Source of the DNA: Deltaproteobacteria bacterium
Lineage (GTDB): Bacteria; Lernaellota; Lernaellaia; JACKCT01
DNA: 64,000 nt
Assembly (NCBI GenBank): GCA_020633895.1
Contig: JACKCT010000005.1
Location: 155,789 to 219,788, forward strand
Reading direction: 5' to 3'
The notes below the pieces were generated by a model. That model was not told where the DNA came from and searched no databases. It saw only the letters and a list, made by a program, of their open reading frames with translations. Both the position numbers and the translations under genes were made by a program. This document shows positions 26,882 through 36,062 of this stretch, one piece after another. Every line of letters starts with the position of its first letter. Position 1 is the first letter of the stretch.

Positions 26882-28624
26882 ATGGCCAAAGAACTCTATG
26901 ATATTGGCGACGCCCCGCCGGTCGGCGAGGTGCCCCCCAAGATGCACGCCTGGGTGATCCGCCCCGAGCGTTTCGGCGAACCCACCAAAGCCTTTCAGAA
27001 AGAAGTGCTCGACGTCCCCGAGATCAAGGACGACGAGGTGCTGGTCTACGTCATGGCCGCCGGCGTGAACTACAACAACGTCTGGGCGGGCCTGGGCATT
27101 CCGGTCAACGTCATCGCCGCGCGCAACAAGGCCGGTGAGCCGGAAGATTTTCATATCGGCGGTTCGGACGCCTCGGGCATCGTCTACAAGGCCGGCAAGG
27201 ACGTCACCAACGTGAAGGTCGGCGACGAGGTGGTCATTCACTGCGGCACCTGGGATCGCAACGACCCCTTCGCCCAACCCGGCAAGGACCCGATGTACGG
27301 CAACTCCTTCCGCATCTGGGGTTACGAGACCAACTACGGCTCTTTTGCCCAGTACACCAAGGTGCAGGCCCATCAGTGCGTTCCCAAGCCCAAGCATCTG
27401 TCGTGGGAGGGCGCCGCGGCCTATATGCTCGTGGCCGCCACCGCCTATCGCATGCTGCATCGCTGGTATGAGAACGCGGTCAAGCAGGACGACGTGGTCC
27501 TGATCTGGGGCGGCGCCGGCGGTTTGGGGTCCATGGCCATTCAGATCGCTCGGGCGGCCGGAGCCAAGCCGATCGCCATCGTCTCCTCCGAGGACAAGGT
27601 GGAGTACTGCAAAAACCTGGGCGCCGTGGGCGTCATCAACCGCAAGGACTTCAGCCACTGGGGAATGCTGCCCCACTGGAAGGACGCGGCCGGTTACAAG
27701 GAGTGGATGGCCGGGGCCCGCGCGTTCGGCAAGGCGATCTGGGACGTGCTCGGCGAGCGCCGGGGCGTGGACATCGTCTTCGAGCATCCGGGGGAGTCGA
27801 CGATCCCCACGTCCATTTTCGTGGCCGAGACCGGCGGCATGGTCGTTGTTTGCGCCGGCACCACGGGATACAATGCCACGGTCGACTTGCGGTACCTGTG
27901 GATGCGTCAGAAGCGCCTGCAAGGCAGCCACTTCGCCAACGACGATCAGGCCATCGCGGTCAACGAGCTGGTGATGGCCGGCGAGGTGGATCCGTGCCTG
28001 TCGCGCACCTTCGACTGGGACGGCCTGCCCGAGTGCCACCAACTCATGCACGACAACAAGCATCCCCACGGCAACATGGCGATCCTGGTGGGCGCCGGTT
28101 CCGAAGGGGAAGGAGCCTCGACGGCCTTGAGCGATCACTCCGGCATGAAGCGCGCGGTGCCCGCCCCGGTCCAGGACATTCATGACGCCGACGGCGAAGT
28201 GAAGATCCCCGTGGACACCACGCACGTCAAAGAGGTCTATTTCGAAGGCGTTACGGCCGTGAAGCCCGATTCGCCGCTGGCCGAGGTGGCTTCGACCATG
28301 ATCGACAACCACCTGCACATGCTGGTGGTCAACCATGACGACGGCTCCGTGGCCGGCATCATCAGCCAGACCGACCTGGTGCTGGCCCGTCAGCAGGGTT
28401 CGCCCTCGCAGGTGGCCGGCATGACCGCCGCCAAGGTCATGTCTCCCGACGCGCTGACCGTCGACCTGGAGGAGACGATTCAGCACGCCATTACGCTGAT
28501 GACCTCCCGGCGCATCCATCGCCTCGTGGTGCACGAGACCAAGGACGGCAAGAAGTACGCCAAGGGTGTGCTGGCCATGGACGACATCGTCCGCCACATG
28601 TTCGAGCTGGAAAAACGCAAGTAA
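26882..28624 (+). CDS. ccr: Crotonyl-CoA carboxylase/reductase-family enoyl reductase fused to a C-terminal CBS-domain pair
   Basis: AAGGAG precedes ATG 26882. Ccr-like motifs seen: '[12 protein letters not shown]', '[15 protein letters not shown]', '[18 protein letters not shown]', 'DIVFEHPG', '[16 protein letters not shown]'. The last ~130 aa look like two CBS motifs ('[28 protein letters not shown]', '[14 protein letters not shown]...[10 protein letters not shown]'). Confidence 0.8.
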   Translation: MAKELYDIGDAPPVGEVPPKMHAWVIRPERFGEPTKAFQKEVLDVPEIKDDEVLVYVMAAGVNYNNVWAGLGIPVNVIAARNKAGEPEDFHIGGSDASGIVYKAGKDVTNVKVGDEVVIHCGTWDRNDPFAQPGKDPMYGNSFRIWGYETNYGSFAQYTKVQAHQCVPKPKHLSWEGAAAYMLVAATAYRMLHRWYENAVKQDDVVLIWGGAGGLGSMAIQIARAAGAKPIAIVSSEDKVEYCKNLGAVGVINRKDFSHWGMLPHWKDAAGYKEWMAGARAFGKAIWDVLGERRGVDIVFEHPGESTIPTSIFVAETGGMVVVCAGTTGYNATVDLRYLWMRQKRLQGSHFANDDQAIAVNELVMAGEVDPCLSRTFDWDGLPECHQLMHDNKHPHGNMAILVGAGSEGEGASTALSDHSGMKRAVPAPVQDIHDADGEVKIPVDTTHVKEVYFEGVTAVKPDSPLAEVASTMIDNHLHMLVVNHDDGSVAGIISQTDLVLARQQGSPSQVAGMTAAKVMSPDALTVDLEETIQHAITLMTSRRIHRLVVHETKDGKKYAKGVLAMDDIVRHMFELEKRK

Positions 28625-28702
28625 GCGCGACGAATCTTCGAGACAACACCGACGCCGGGGCATCTCGCCCCGGCGTCGCTATTTGGACCAGCACAAACCG
28701 CC

Positions 28703-28808
28703 GGGTGCCACACTCTTAACCGACGCAGTCGGGGAAGGGTGTGAAGCTAAGGGAACTCGAATATTCACACCTTCCCATCGCCTTCGGCGCTGTGGAAGTG
28801 TGGCACCC
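28703..28808. repeat. R2 element (~106 bp, terminal inverted repeats gggtgccacac / gtgtggcaccc)
   Basis: Terminal inverted repeats at 28703..28713 and 28798..28808. Inner palindrome ccgacgcagtcgg. Nested inverted repeat ggaagggtgtgaa / ttcacaccttcc. A second copy lies at 38425..38524 and a partial copy at 49251..49295. Confidence 0.75.
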
Positions 28809-28896
28809 GTTTTTCGTCGCAGCGTATCGTTCGCCCCCCACCTTTGCGCGCTCGGGGCCATCGGCTAGAATGCGCCCACCTTTCCCGGAGTGAGCT

Positions 28897-29685
28897 TTGG
28901 ACGAAACCTGCCCGGCGTGCGCGTGCGAACAGACGGTGGAGATGTTCGAGCCCTTCGGCCCGAAGGACGACTCGGCGCCCTTCCGCCGCTGCCTGCATTG
29001 CGCGACGATGTTTTCGCCCGCGCTGGCCGGCCGGGAGATCACGCAGGACGCCTGGTCGCGCCGCCTTCGCGAGCCCATGCCCGGCGATCCGGTGCGGCAT
29101 CTGGCGCGCCTGCTGGGCCCGTCGCCGTCGATCGCCATGGCCGGTCGGCCGGATATCGCCGTGCTCGAATCCCTCAAACGGGGCGGCGCGGAGGTGGCGG
29201 CCTGCGACCCGGAGAAAAAGCACGTCGCCGAATGCGCGATCAACAAGATCCCGGCGCGCACCACGCTGCCGTCCCGGGAGGCGCTGCCGGGCAAGTACGA
29301 TCTGATCTTCGTGGCGGGCCTGCTGGAGTTCGTCGCCGATCCCTTCGCCGAGATTACGGCGCTCAAGAATCACATGACACTCGACGGCCAGTTGCGCATC
29401 GAGACGCCCTCGGCCAAGGCGCTGGTGGTGGAACAGTTCGGGCCGCGATGCTCGTTCTTCGCGCCCCCGGCGGTGCGGACGTTGTTCACGTTTGACGGCC
29501 TGTGCCTGCTGCTGGCGCGGGCGGGATTCGCGAATGTGAATCTGCGTCGCGAGACGCCGCCCACGCTGCCGGCGCTGTTTGATCGGCAGCCCTACCCGTC
29601 GAAAAACGCCCGCCGCTTCGCCCGATTCATCGATTCCCGCCGCGCCGAGCGGTCCATCCTGCTGGTCTCCGCGCGGGTGGAGTAG
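28897..29685 (+). CDS. Methyltransferase-like protein (Methyltransf_23-like) with N-terminal Cys4 zinc ribbon
   Basis: TTG start with GGAG 6 nt upstream. 'CPACAC...CLHCATMF' zinc ribbon. 'YDLIFVAGLLEFVADPFAEITALKNHMTLDGQLRIETPS' resembles the post-I/II motifs of class I SAM methyltransferases. Motif I is degenerate. Confidence 0.55.
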   Translation: MDETCPACACEQTVEMFEPFGPKDDSAPFRRCLHCATMFSPALAGREITQDAWSRRLREPMPGDPVRHLARLLGPSPSIAMAGRPDIAVLESLKRGGAEVAACDPEKKHVAECAINKIPARTTLPSREALPGKYDLIFVAGLLEFVADPFAEITALKNHMTLDGQLRIETPSAKALVVEQFGPRCSFFAPPAVRTLFTFDGLCLLLARAGFANVNLRRETPPTLPALFDRQPYPSKNARRFARFIDSRRAERSILLVSARVE

Positions 29686-29832
29686 GCGGCGGCCTCGTCA
29701 TTTTTCCCTTGGTCGACGCGCCCGTTTCGTCCATAATTCCTAGAGAAATCACACACGAGTTATGGGCGCCCGGCGCCGGCCGGAACGTCCGCCTTCGCGA
29801 CGGGGCGCGAAGAAAACTTGGAGGAATCGCAA

Positions 29833-31602
29833 ATGCCTCGGCGTCTACTGCCGCTGGCCGTCGCCGCGCTATGGGCGATGGCCGCACTTGCCCCCGCCGC
29901 CATGGCCGACGACGGTCGGCGCATCGAACCCAGCTTCGTTGACCTGTCCGATCAAGCCTTTCCGCCGGGGACGGTCTGGCCGGAGGATCTGACCCCGCGT
30001 TGGGAATCGACCGGCAGATCCGCGGCCGGGATTCCCGCGACGCAGGCTCCGGCCCTTAGCTTTGCCGGTCCGCGAAACGACGTGAACTTCTCTTACGACC
30101 TGCCGGATCACGACATGGCTGTGGGACCTGACCACATCGTGATTACTACGCTGCACGAGTGGGCAGTTTACTACAAAGACGGCTCCGTCGCGATTCCTCA
30201 ACAGCGGTTGGACGATACATTCGAAAGCACGACCAATAGCTATCTGGAGCACGGGCAGGTCGCCTACGATCACGAGGCCGACCGATTTCTCGTCGTCGCC
30301 GAGGATTCCTACGGCTATAGCAACAAAGGGACATATGAATCGAATTGGATTTTGTCGGTTGCCCAGAATCCCACCGGCGAATGGACGCGCTACGTCATCG
30401 ATACGGGAACCAGTCCGCTGAAGCACTGGTGGATGGTTCTGGGAATCGATCTTGGTTTCGACAGCCGGGACGGGGTGTTTCTCGCGGGAAATCTATACCT
30501 GGTCAATTACATCGGCCTGGACGACTACTGGACGCAGCCGAGAGAATACATCGGATGCGGCCTGATCGACCTGTCCAAATCCGAGATCTATGCCGGCGCC
30601 GAAGCCACGGTGGTCGCCAGACTCCTTGAATATCCCAACGGGGAATACACCGCCTCGGTAATCCCGGCGCTGACATTCGGCGATTCGGCCTACGAGTATT
30701 TCGCGGCGACACGCCACAAGGACGGCGACAAGTTTTCGGTCTGGCGGCGTCATACGCAGACCGGGGCGTTTGAACTCTACGATCAAGCCGACGTGGGGTT
30801 CGTTTACAACGAACCGCCGGACGTCGCGCAAGACTCCAGCGAGACCGTCGTGAGATTGTTAGACAACCGACTGCACAATCTGCAGTTTGTCGACGGCGAA
30901 TTGACCACCTCCTTTATGTATAGCTACACCCCTCCCGACGCCGACAAGCCGATCAGCGCCTCCCGGAGACTGCGTTACGACGTGGCGTCCAAGACGTTCT
31001 TGGAGAACGACCGCGTGGTGTTTGCCGAAGATGTGTCCACCTTTTCGCCCTCCCAGGTGCAAACCACGTCGAGTTGCACGATCGAGGCCTATGGGATTTC
31101 CGGGGAAGGGCATGATCCGTCCACGGCTTACCGGCAAGTCGGCAGCGATATCTGGCAGATGGCCGGCGTTGCCGGCGGTTCCTACGAACGGGTGGGGCGC
31201 TGGTCCGGCGACGTGGCGATGGCCTTGGACCCGGTTGACGATTCCGTTTGGATTCTGGGTGAGTACGCCAACGCCGATCAGACCTGGGGAACCAACATCG
31301 TTCAAGTGTATTGCGATGAGGATTACGGAGACGATGACGACGACATGACCGACGACGACACGACCGACGACGACACGGCCGACGACGACACGACCGACGA
31401 CGACACGACCGACGACGACACGACCGACGACGACACGACCGATGACGACACGACCGATGACACTGCGGACGACGATAGCGTCGATGACGATATGCCCGAC
31501 GACGATTCTATCGACGACGACGATAGCGGCGCGAATGCCTCCGACGCCGAGGAGCCTGATGAAGACTCCGGAAGTGACGACACCGCCGGTTGCGGTCGAT
31601 AA
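29833..31602 (+). CDS. Secreted protein of unknown function with (TDDDT)n C-terminal tail
   Basis: GGAGGA precedes ATG 29833. Signal peptide MPRRLLPLAVAALWAMAALAPAAMA. About 490 aa globular region with no motif recognised. The tail is 'DDDDDMTDDDTTDDDTADDDTTDDDTT...DDTAGCGR'. Confidence 0.8.
   Translation: MPRRLLPLAVAALWAMAALAPAAMADDGRRIEPSFVDLSDQAFPPGTVWPEDLTPRWESTGRSAAGIPATQAPALSFAGPRNDVNFSYDLPDHDMAVGPDHIVITTLHEWAVYYKDGSVAIPQQRLDDTFESTTNSYLEHGQVAYDHEADRFLVVAEDSYGYSNKGTYESNWILSVAQNPTGEWTRYVIDTGTSPLKHWWMVLGIDLGFDSRDGVFLAGNLYLVNYIGLDDYWTQPREYIGCGLIDLSKSEIYAGAEATVVARLLEYPNGEYTASVIPALTFGDSAYEYFAATRHKDGDKFSVWRRHTQTGAFELYDQADVGFVYNEPPDVAQDSSETVVRLLDNRLHNLQFVDGELTTSFMYSYTPPDADKPISASRRLRYDVASKTFLENDRVVFAEDVSTFSPSQVQTTSSCTIEAYGISGEGHDPSTAYRQVGSDIWQMAGVAGGSYERVGRWSGDVAMALDPVDDSVWILGEYANADQTWGTNIVQVYCDEDYGDDDDDMTDDDTTDDDTADDDTTDDDTTDDDTTDDDTTDDDTTDDTADDDSVDDDMPDDDSIDDDDSGANASDAEEPDEDSGSDDTAGCGR
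31336..31470 (+). repeat. 15-bp tandem repeat (gacgacgacacgacc, ~9 units) encoding (DDDTT)n
   Basis: Seven near-identical units at 31351..31455, with degenerate flanking units. Lies inside CDS 29833..31602. Confidence 0.9.
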
Positions 31603-31628
31603 ACGAGTTTTCGATCACGTCTCAACTT

Positions 31629-31662
31629 AAAAAAACGGGCCCGCGAGGGCCCGTTCGTTTTC
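31629..31662. terminator. Bidirectional rho-independent terminator between convergent genes
   Basis: aaaaaaa-acgggccc-gcga-gggcccgt-tcgtttt. There is an A-tract upstream and a T-tract downstream. Confidence 0.7.
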
Positions 31663-31696
31663 CGGTCGGATGGCGTCGGATTCGGTTGGGGGCGGA

Positions 31697-32026
31697 TTAC
31701 TGGTTCGCCACCGCCTGGCGGCCGCTGTTCCAGTATTCTTCCCAGGCGCCCCACCCGGTGACTTCTTGGCCGTATTCGGTGTTCAGGAAGTCCAGCAGCT
31801 TGGGCACGTCGGTCTTGGAGAGCTTGTCGTCCCCCTGCAGGCGCATCTTGTCCAGGGCGCCGAAGGTCACGGAGCGCTTGTCCTCCTTGGGCCAGTTCTG
31901 CCAAACGCCGTACTTCTGCCAGAGCTCCTCGGATTTTCCCGCGAAGGTCGAATCGTCGATGGCGCCGCCGGCCCAGTCGGTGAGCAGATCGCGCAGGGTC
32001 TGTCGGCTGAAACATTCTTCGGGCAT
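31697..32026 (-). CDS. Hypothetical small acidic Trp-rich protein
   Basis: ORF 31697..32095. ATG 32026 is preceded by GAGGAG. The sequence is protein-like ('MPEECFSRQTLRDLLTDWAGGAIDDSTFAGKSEELWQKYGVWQNWPKEDK...'). No motif recognised. Confidence 0.5.
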   Translation of the reverse strand: MPEECFSRQTLRDLLTDWAGGAIDDSTFAGKSEELWQKYGVWQNWPKEDKRSVTFGALDKMRLQGDDKLSKTDVPKLLDFLNTEYGQEVTGWGAWEEYWNSGRQAVANQ

Positions 32027-32516
32027 TGCTGGTGTCTCCTCGTCCTTGATGTTCCAAAGTTCCACATCGTCCCCGGCCGCCGGCCATGCAACCAAGCGAC
32101 GAGGTTGGGGCGCATTCTACCGGCCCCGGGATCGATTGACTATCTTGGACGTTCCATACGCCATTGCCCGCGCCCGCGTCGGTGAGCCATTTCACGTCGC
32201 GATGCCCGAAAAGCTGCGAAAGCAGGGCGGTTTTGTCAGCCGGACCGCAATCCGTTTGACCCAGATCATCCCGCGCGAATTCAGTCTTGCGCTCACGAAA
32301 TCAAACATGATAGTGTCGCCAGACTTGGGCGTAGTTGCTTCCTAATTTGGGTGTGGGTTTTCGTTAAATCTAACAAGCCCGTCCGGTTTTTTCATCACAA
32401 TCTTGATTCATGGACGGCGCGATCGGTACAGTACGCCGGATGAGTAACCCCATTCCCGTGGACCGCGGCGGCGCCGCCGGCGCATAGCACCGACGACGCG
32501 GACCAGGTGAGGCAAT

Positions 32517-34334
32517 ATGAAACTGGCCCTAATTTACCCGCCGTTTTACCATAAGAAGTTTAACGAAAATCTTCCGACCACGGACGATGAGTTCGGATTG
32601 TTTCCCCACATCGGTTTCGGCTGGGTTTCGGCCATGGCCAAGCAGACCGGGTGGGACGTGCGTCTGTTCGAGGCGGCGTGCCGCAAGTCGGACTACAACG
32701 AGGTCCTGCGGGACGTCATCGCCTACGGCCCGGACCTGATCGGGTTCGCCGGCCATGCCACGCAGACCTTCCGCGACATGCTGCTCTGGGCTCGGCGCTT
32801 TAAGCGGGACATGGGCCTGCCCCAGGTCGTCGGCGGCTACGAATGCAAGGCCTATCCCTACGAAATCATGGAGCACGAGTGCTTCGATTATTTGTGCGTG
32901 GGCGAGGCGATCACCTTCATGCCGCCCTTCCTGCGCGCCTTCGAGGCGGGCTCGGGATACGACAAGGTGCCCGATCTGCTCTATCGCGACAACGGGCAAC
33001 TCAAGCGCACGCACGACGCGCACCACATCCCTTACTCGGAGCATCCGTTCCCGGATCGGTCCATTTTCCCCAACGAAGAATTCTATTCGATGGTCAGCCA
33101 GCGAAAGAACTTCACCATCGGCATGAGCGAAGTGGGCTGCCCGTACCCGTGCACGTTCTGCTCCATGCGGCACACCGGCTTCGAGGGCCGCACCCCCGGC
33201 CAACTCGCCGACGAGATGGAAGACTGCATCAACAATCACGGCATCCACGAGATCGACTACTTCGATCCGATCATGCTCTACGACCGCCACCGGGCCATCG
33301 AGTTCGCCCAGGAAATCCAGCGGCGCAACCTGGACATCATCTGGTCGTGCCGGGCTCGGGTAGACAGCCTGTCGTTCCGCAAGCACAACGGCGACGTGGA
33401 CCGGGAGCTCATCCAAGCCCTGGCCGACTCGGGCTGCCGGCGCATCTTCTTCGGCATTGAATCCGGTGACGAGCAGGTGCTCAAGAACATCAAGAAGGGC
33501 AAAGTCACCAGCAACGTCGAGCGCGTGCTGCTCACGTTGGAAGAATACGAGATCCGTTCGCTGGGCTTTTTCATGATCGGCAATCCGGGCGAGACCGAGG
33601 AGACGGTGCAAAAGACCATCTCCCTGGCCACCAGCCTGCCGCTGCATTACACGCAGTTCACGTTGACGATGATCAAGCCCCACACGGACCTGGAAAAGGA
33701 ATACATCTTCCAGGCGACGGGTATCGACTACTGGCGGGAATACATTCGCGGCAACGTGGAGGAGCAGATCCTGCCCACGCCCTGGACCGAGCTGACGCGC
33801 GCCGACCTGGAGCGACTGGCCCGGAAGGCGTACCTGTCGTTCTACCTGCGCCCCGGGTACATGCTCAAGATGATTCTGCGCATCGAGTCCTGGCAGGAGT
33901 TCCAGCGCTATGCCCGTGTGGCGTTCCAGATGATGCTGCGGCCGCTGCGTCCGGAGAAGATCGGGCCTCAGCCGGTCTGGCGCAAGGTGCCGCGATTCGG
34001 CCTGGCGTTCCTGGACGGCCTTCTGGCCAACCTCAACCAGGGCGGACGTCATCCGGTCAGCTACTTCGGCGGCGGGGTCAAAGGCGCGTGGCGTCTGGCC
34101 ATGTACGAATGGCATCGCACCAGCACCACCGAGGACGTGGCCGCGCCGGGCAGCGTGGACGGAGAGCTGATGCATCCGGACGCTCACACGCGCATCCGCA
34201 AGATCGAGGAGTTCACCGGCGACAACCGCTACATCCCGTTGTCGGAAGGCGCGTTGGGCTATTCCCGCAAGCGGGGCCGCGACTCGGTCAACCCCTACAC
34301 CGAAGACTCCCCGGCGACCGTGACGGTCAACTAG
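32517..34334 (+). CDS. B12-binding-domain radical SAM enzyme (class B)
   Basis: N-terminal Rossmann-like B12-binding-type region ('MKLALIYPP...DLIGFAGH'). Radical SAM cluster motif 'GCPYPCTFCSM' (CxxxCxxC). 'RIFFGIESGDEQVL'. About 150 aa C-terminal extension. Confidence 0.85.
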   Translation: MKLALIYPPFYHKKFNENLPTTDDEFGLFPHIGFGWVSAMAKQTGWDVRLFEAACRKSDYNEVLRDVIAYGPDLIGFAGHATQTFRDMLLWARRFKRDMGLPQVVGGYECKAYPYEIMEHECFDYLCVGEAITFMPPFLRAFEAGSGYDKVPDLLYRDNGQLKRTHDAHHIPYSEHPFPDRSIFPNEEFYSMVSQRKNFTIGMSEVGCPYPCTFCSMRHTGFEGRTPGQLADEMEDCINNHGIHEIDYFDPIMLYDRHRAIEFAQEIQRRNLDIIWSCRARVDSLSFRKHNGDVDRELIQALADSGCRRIFFGIESGDEQVLKNIKKGKVTSNVERVLLTLEEYEIRSLGFFMIGNPGETEETVQKTISLATSLPLHYTQFTLTMIKPHTDLEKEYIFQATGIDYWREYIRGNVEEQILPTPWTELTRADLERLARKAYLSFYLRPGYMLKMILRIESWQEFQRYARVAFQMMLRPLRPEKIGPQPVWRKVPRFGLAFLDGLLANLNQGGRHPVSYFGGGVKGAWRLAMYEWHRTSTTEDVAAPGSVDGELMHPDAHTRIRKIEEFTGDNRYIPLSEGALGYSRKRGRDSVNPYTEDSPATVTVN

Positions 34335-34442
34335 CGACATTCCGAAACCGATCACGTCAACGCGCGGCCTTAGGGTCGCGCGTTTTTGTTGGGGCGCGGT
34401 TTCCGAGCCTGAACCCGATTGCGGAAGTTGCCCCTGCCCGAA

Positions 34443-34561
34443 CAGAGCCGCGCACGGTAGTAAGCGGTTGAGTTCGACCCGGCACGCCGTGAGCGACGAA
34501 ATGAACAGCGTTCCGATCCTGCAGGCGCGAACCAGACCCCTCACTACGGTTCGGGGCTCTG
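34443..34561. repeat. Composite inverted pair of R1 units (~119 bp, MITE/BIME-like)
   Basis: cagagccgcgcacggtagtaagcggtt at 34443..34469. gacccctcactacggttcggggctctg at 34535..34561, in inverted orientation. Confidence 0.85.
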
Positions 34562-34657
34562 ACGGATATGAGCGCGCAATGATGCGGCAAAGCCCCCTCG
34601 TCCCTGCCGCCGAATTCCACTAGGATTGCGTCGACATGAAGTTTTTCGGGAGACGCC

Positions 34658-35299
34658 GTGCCTCGCGACGACTACAAATTTCTGGCTCGCCTCTACGACC
34701 CGCTGCTGGCCTCGTCCAACCGGGGTTTGATCGGCGTGAGCATGAAGATGCTGGACCTGACGCCCGGGTCGCGCATCGTGGACCTGTGCTGCGGCACGGG
34801 GGAAGCGGTGATCGCCTACGCCAAAGCCGGGTACGAGGCGGTGGGCGTGGACGGGTCGCCTTCGATGCTGGCCGTGGCCCGGCCGAAGATCGACACGGCG
34901 GCGACGCTCATCCACGGCGACGCGGCCCGAACCGGCTTCGAGGCGGCGTCCTTTGACGCGGTGACGATCTCCATGGCCCTCCATGAAATGGCGCCGCCCG
35001 ACCGGGACGACGTCGTCGTCGAAATCGCGCGCATCCTGCGTCCGACGGGGCATTTGCTGGCCATCGATTACGACCCGGACCCGGTCATCGGCCTGAAGGG
35101 GCGCATCGGCCGGGCGATGACCTTCGCCGTCGAGCGGGCCGTGGGGGGAGAGCACTACGCGGGCTACCGCCACTTCATGGCCCATGGCGGCCTGCCGGCG
35201 CTGTTGTCGCGGCATGGCTTTCACCTGCACCGACGCAAGCGCCTCACCGGAGGCAACCTCTCGGCCATTCTCTTCAAGCCGCCCGGCGTTGCCTCGTGA
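34658..35299 (+). CDS. Class I SAM-dependent methyltransferase (UbiE/COQ5-like)
   Basis: Motif I 'RIVDLCCGTGEAV'. 'FDAVTISMALHEM'. 'LRPTGHLLAIDY'. GTG start with GGGAG upstream. Confidence 0.8.
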   Translation: MPRDDYKFLARLYDPLLASSNRGLIGVSMKMLDLTPGSRIVDLCCGTGEAVIAYAKAGYEAVGVDGSPSMLAVARPKIDTAATLIHGDAARTGFEAASFDAVTISMALHEMAPPDRDDVVVEIARILRPTGHLLAIDYDPDPVIGLKGRIGRAMTFAVERAVGGEHYAGYRHFMAHGGLPALLSRHGFHLHRRKRLTGGNLSAILFKPPGVAS

Positions 35300-36036
35300 C
35301 GGGCCCGTCGGCGCTGATCGAACATCTGGAAAACAACCCCCTGCTGCTCGAAGCGGTCGGCCTTGTCGTCTGCGGTCTGTATCTGACGGCGGTGACGGTG
35401 CTGGACGGCTACGTCTATCGCGCCAAACGCCGGGCCCGATACGGCCATCTGATGGGCCTGGCTGTCGTGTGCTGGCTGGTGATCGCGCACCCGATGCTCA
35501 ACGTCTTTTTCTCCGCCCTGGGTGTTTCCATCGGCGGTATCGCGGTGGTGAACATCGTCAAGGGGCGACTGCGTCGCCGGGGTCACGATCGGGAGCGCGT
35601 CAACGAATGGTTCGCGGGACGCATCCAGGCACATGGGGTGATTGCGGCGCTCAGTCCGGTATTCTGGGGCAAAAGTTGGCTGGGGCAGGGGTGGAAATTC
35701 GCGATTGTCGCGCCGTTGGTCGGCCACGGGGTCGGCAAGGTGGCGCAGGCCTGGGCGCCGATCGAAATGAAGCATCGCTTCCGTTTCAAGGGCGGGCGGA
35801 ATAAGACCATCGAGGGCTCGGCGCTTTATTTTGCCGGCCAACTCCTGACGCAAGGGCTGGTTTTCTACTCCTGGAGCCGCATTCCCGGCACGTACCACGA
35901 CGCCCGCGTCGCCGTCTGGGCCGTCGCCTCGGCGCTGGTCGCCACCGTCGCCGAACTCTACACCGACGAGGAATACCAATTCGCCGCCGTGCCGATGGTC
36001 AACGCGGTCGCGCTGGCGATTTATGTCGCGGCGTAG
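35296..36036 (+). CDS. Integral membrane protein, polyprenol/phytol-kinase- or CdsA-like (CTP-transferase-1 family)
   Basis: About 6 TM helices. 'GGRNKTIEGSALYFAG' resembles the K(S/T)xEGS motif of dolichol/phytol kinases. Its GTG overlaps the upstream stop (GTGA). Confidence 0.55.
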   Translation: MTGPSALIEHLENNPLLLEAVGLVVCGLYLTAVTVLDGYVYRAKRRARYGHLMGLAVVCWLVIAHPMLNVFFSALGVSIGGIAVVNIVKGRLRRRGHDRERVNEWFAGRIQAHGVIAALSPVFWGKSWLGQGWKFAIVAPLVGHGVGKVAQAWAPIEMKHRFRFKGGRNKTIEGSALYFAGQLLTQGLVFYSWSRIPGTYHDARVAVWAVASALVATVAELYTDEEYQFAAVPMVNAVALAIYVAA

Positions 36037-36062
36037 GGGGGCGCGAGGTGCTTCCATTCCGT

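Noticed and set aside
26696-28663. 655-aa minus-strand ORF opposite the ccr-CBS gene
   Set aside because: The plus frame carries unambiguous Ccr and CBS motifs. The minus frame is low-complexity G/H/R/V-rich.
28801-28816. TGGCAC inside the R2 repeat terminus as a second sigma-54 promoter
   Set aside because: The -12 element is missing: the sequence is TGGCAC-ccgtt-tttcg rather than TTGC. The hexamer is simply part of the repeat's terminal inverted repeat (also at 38517).
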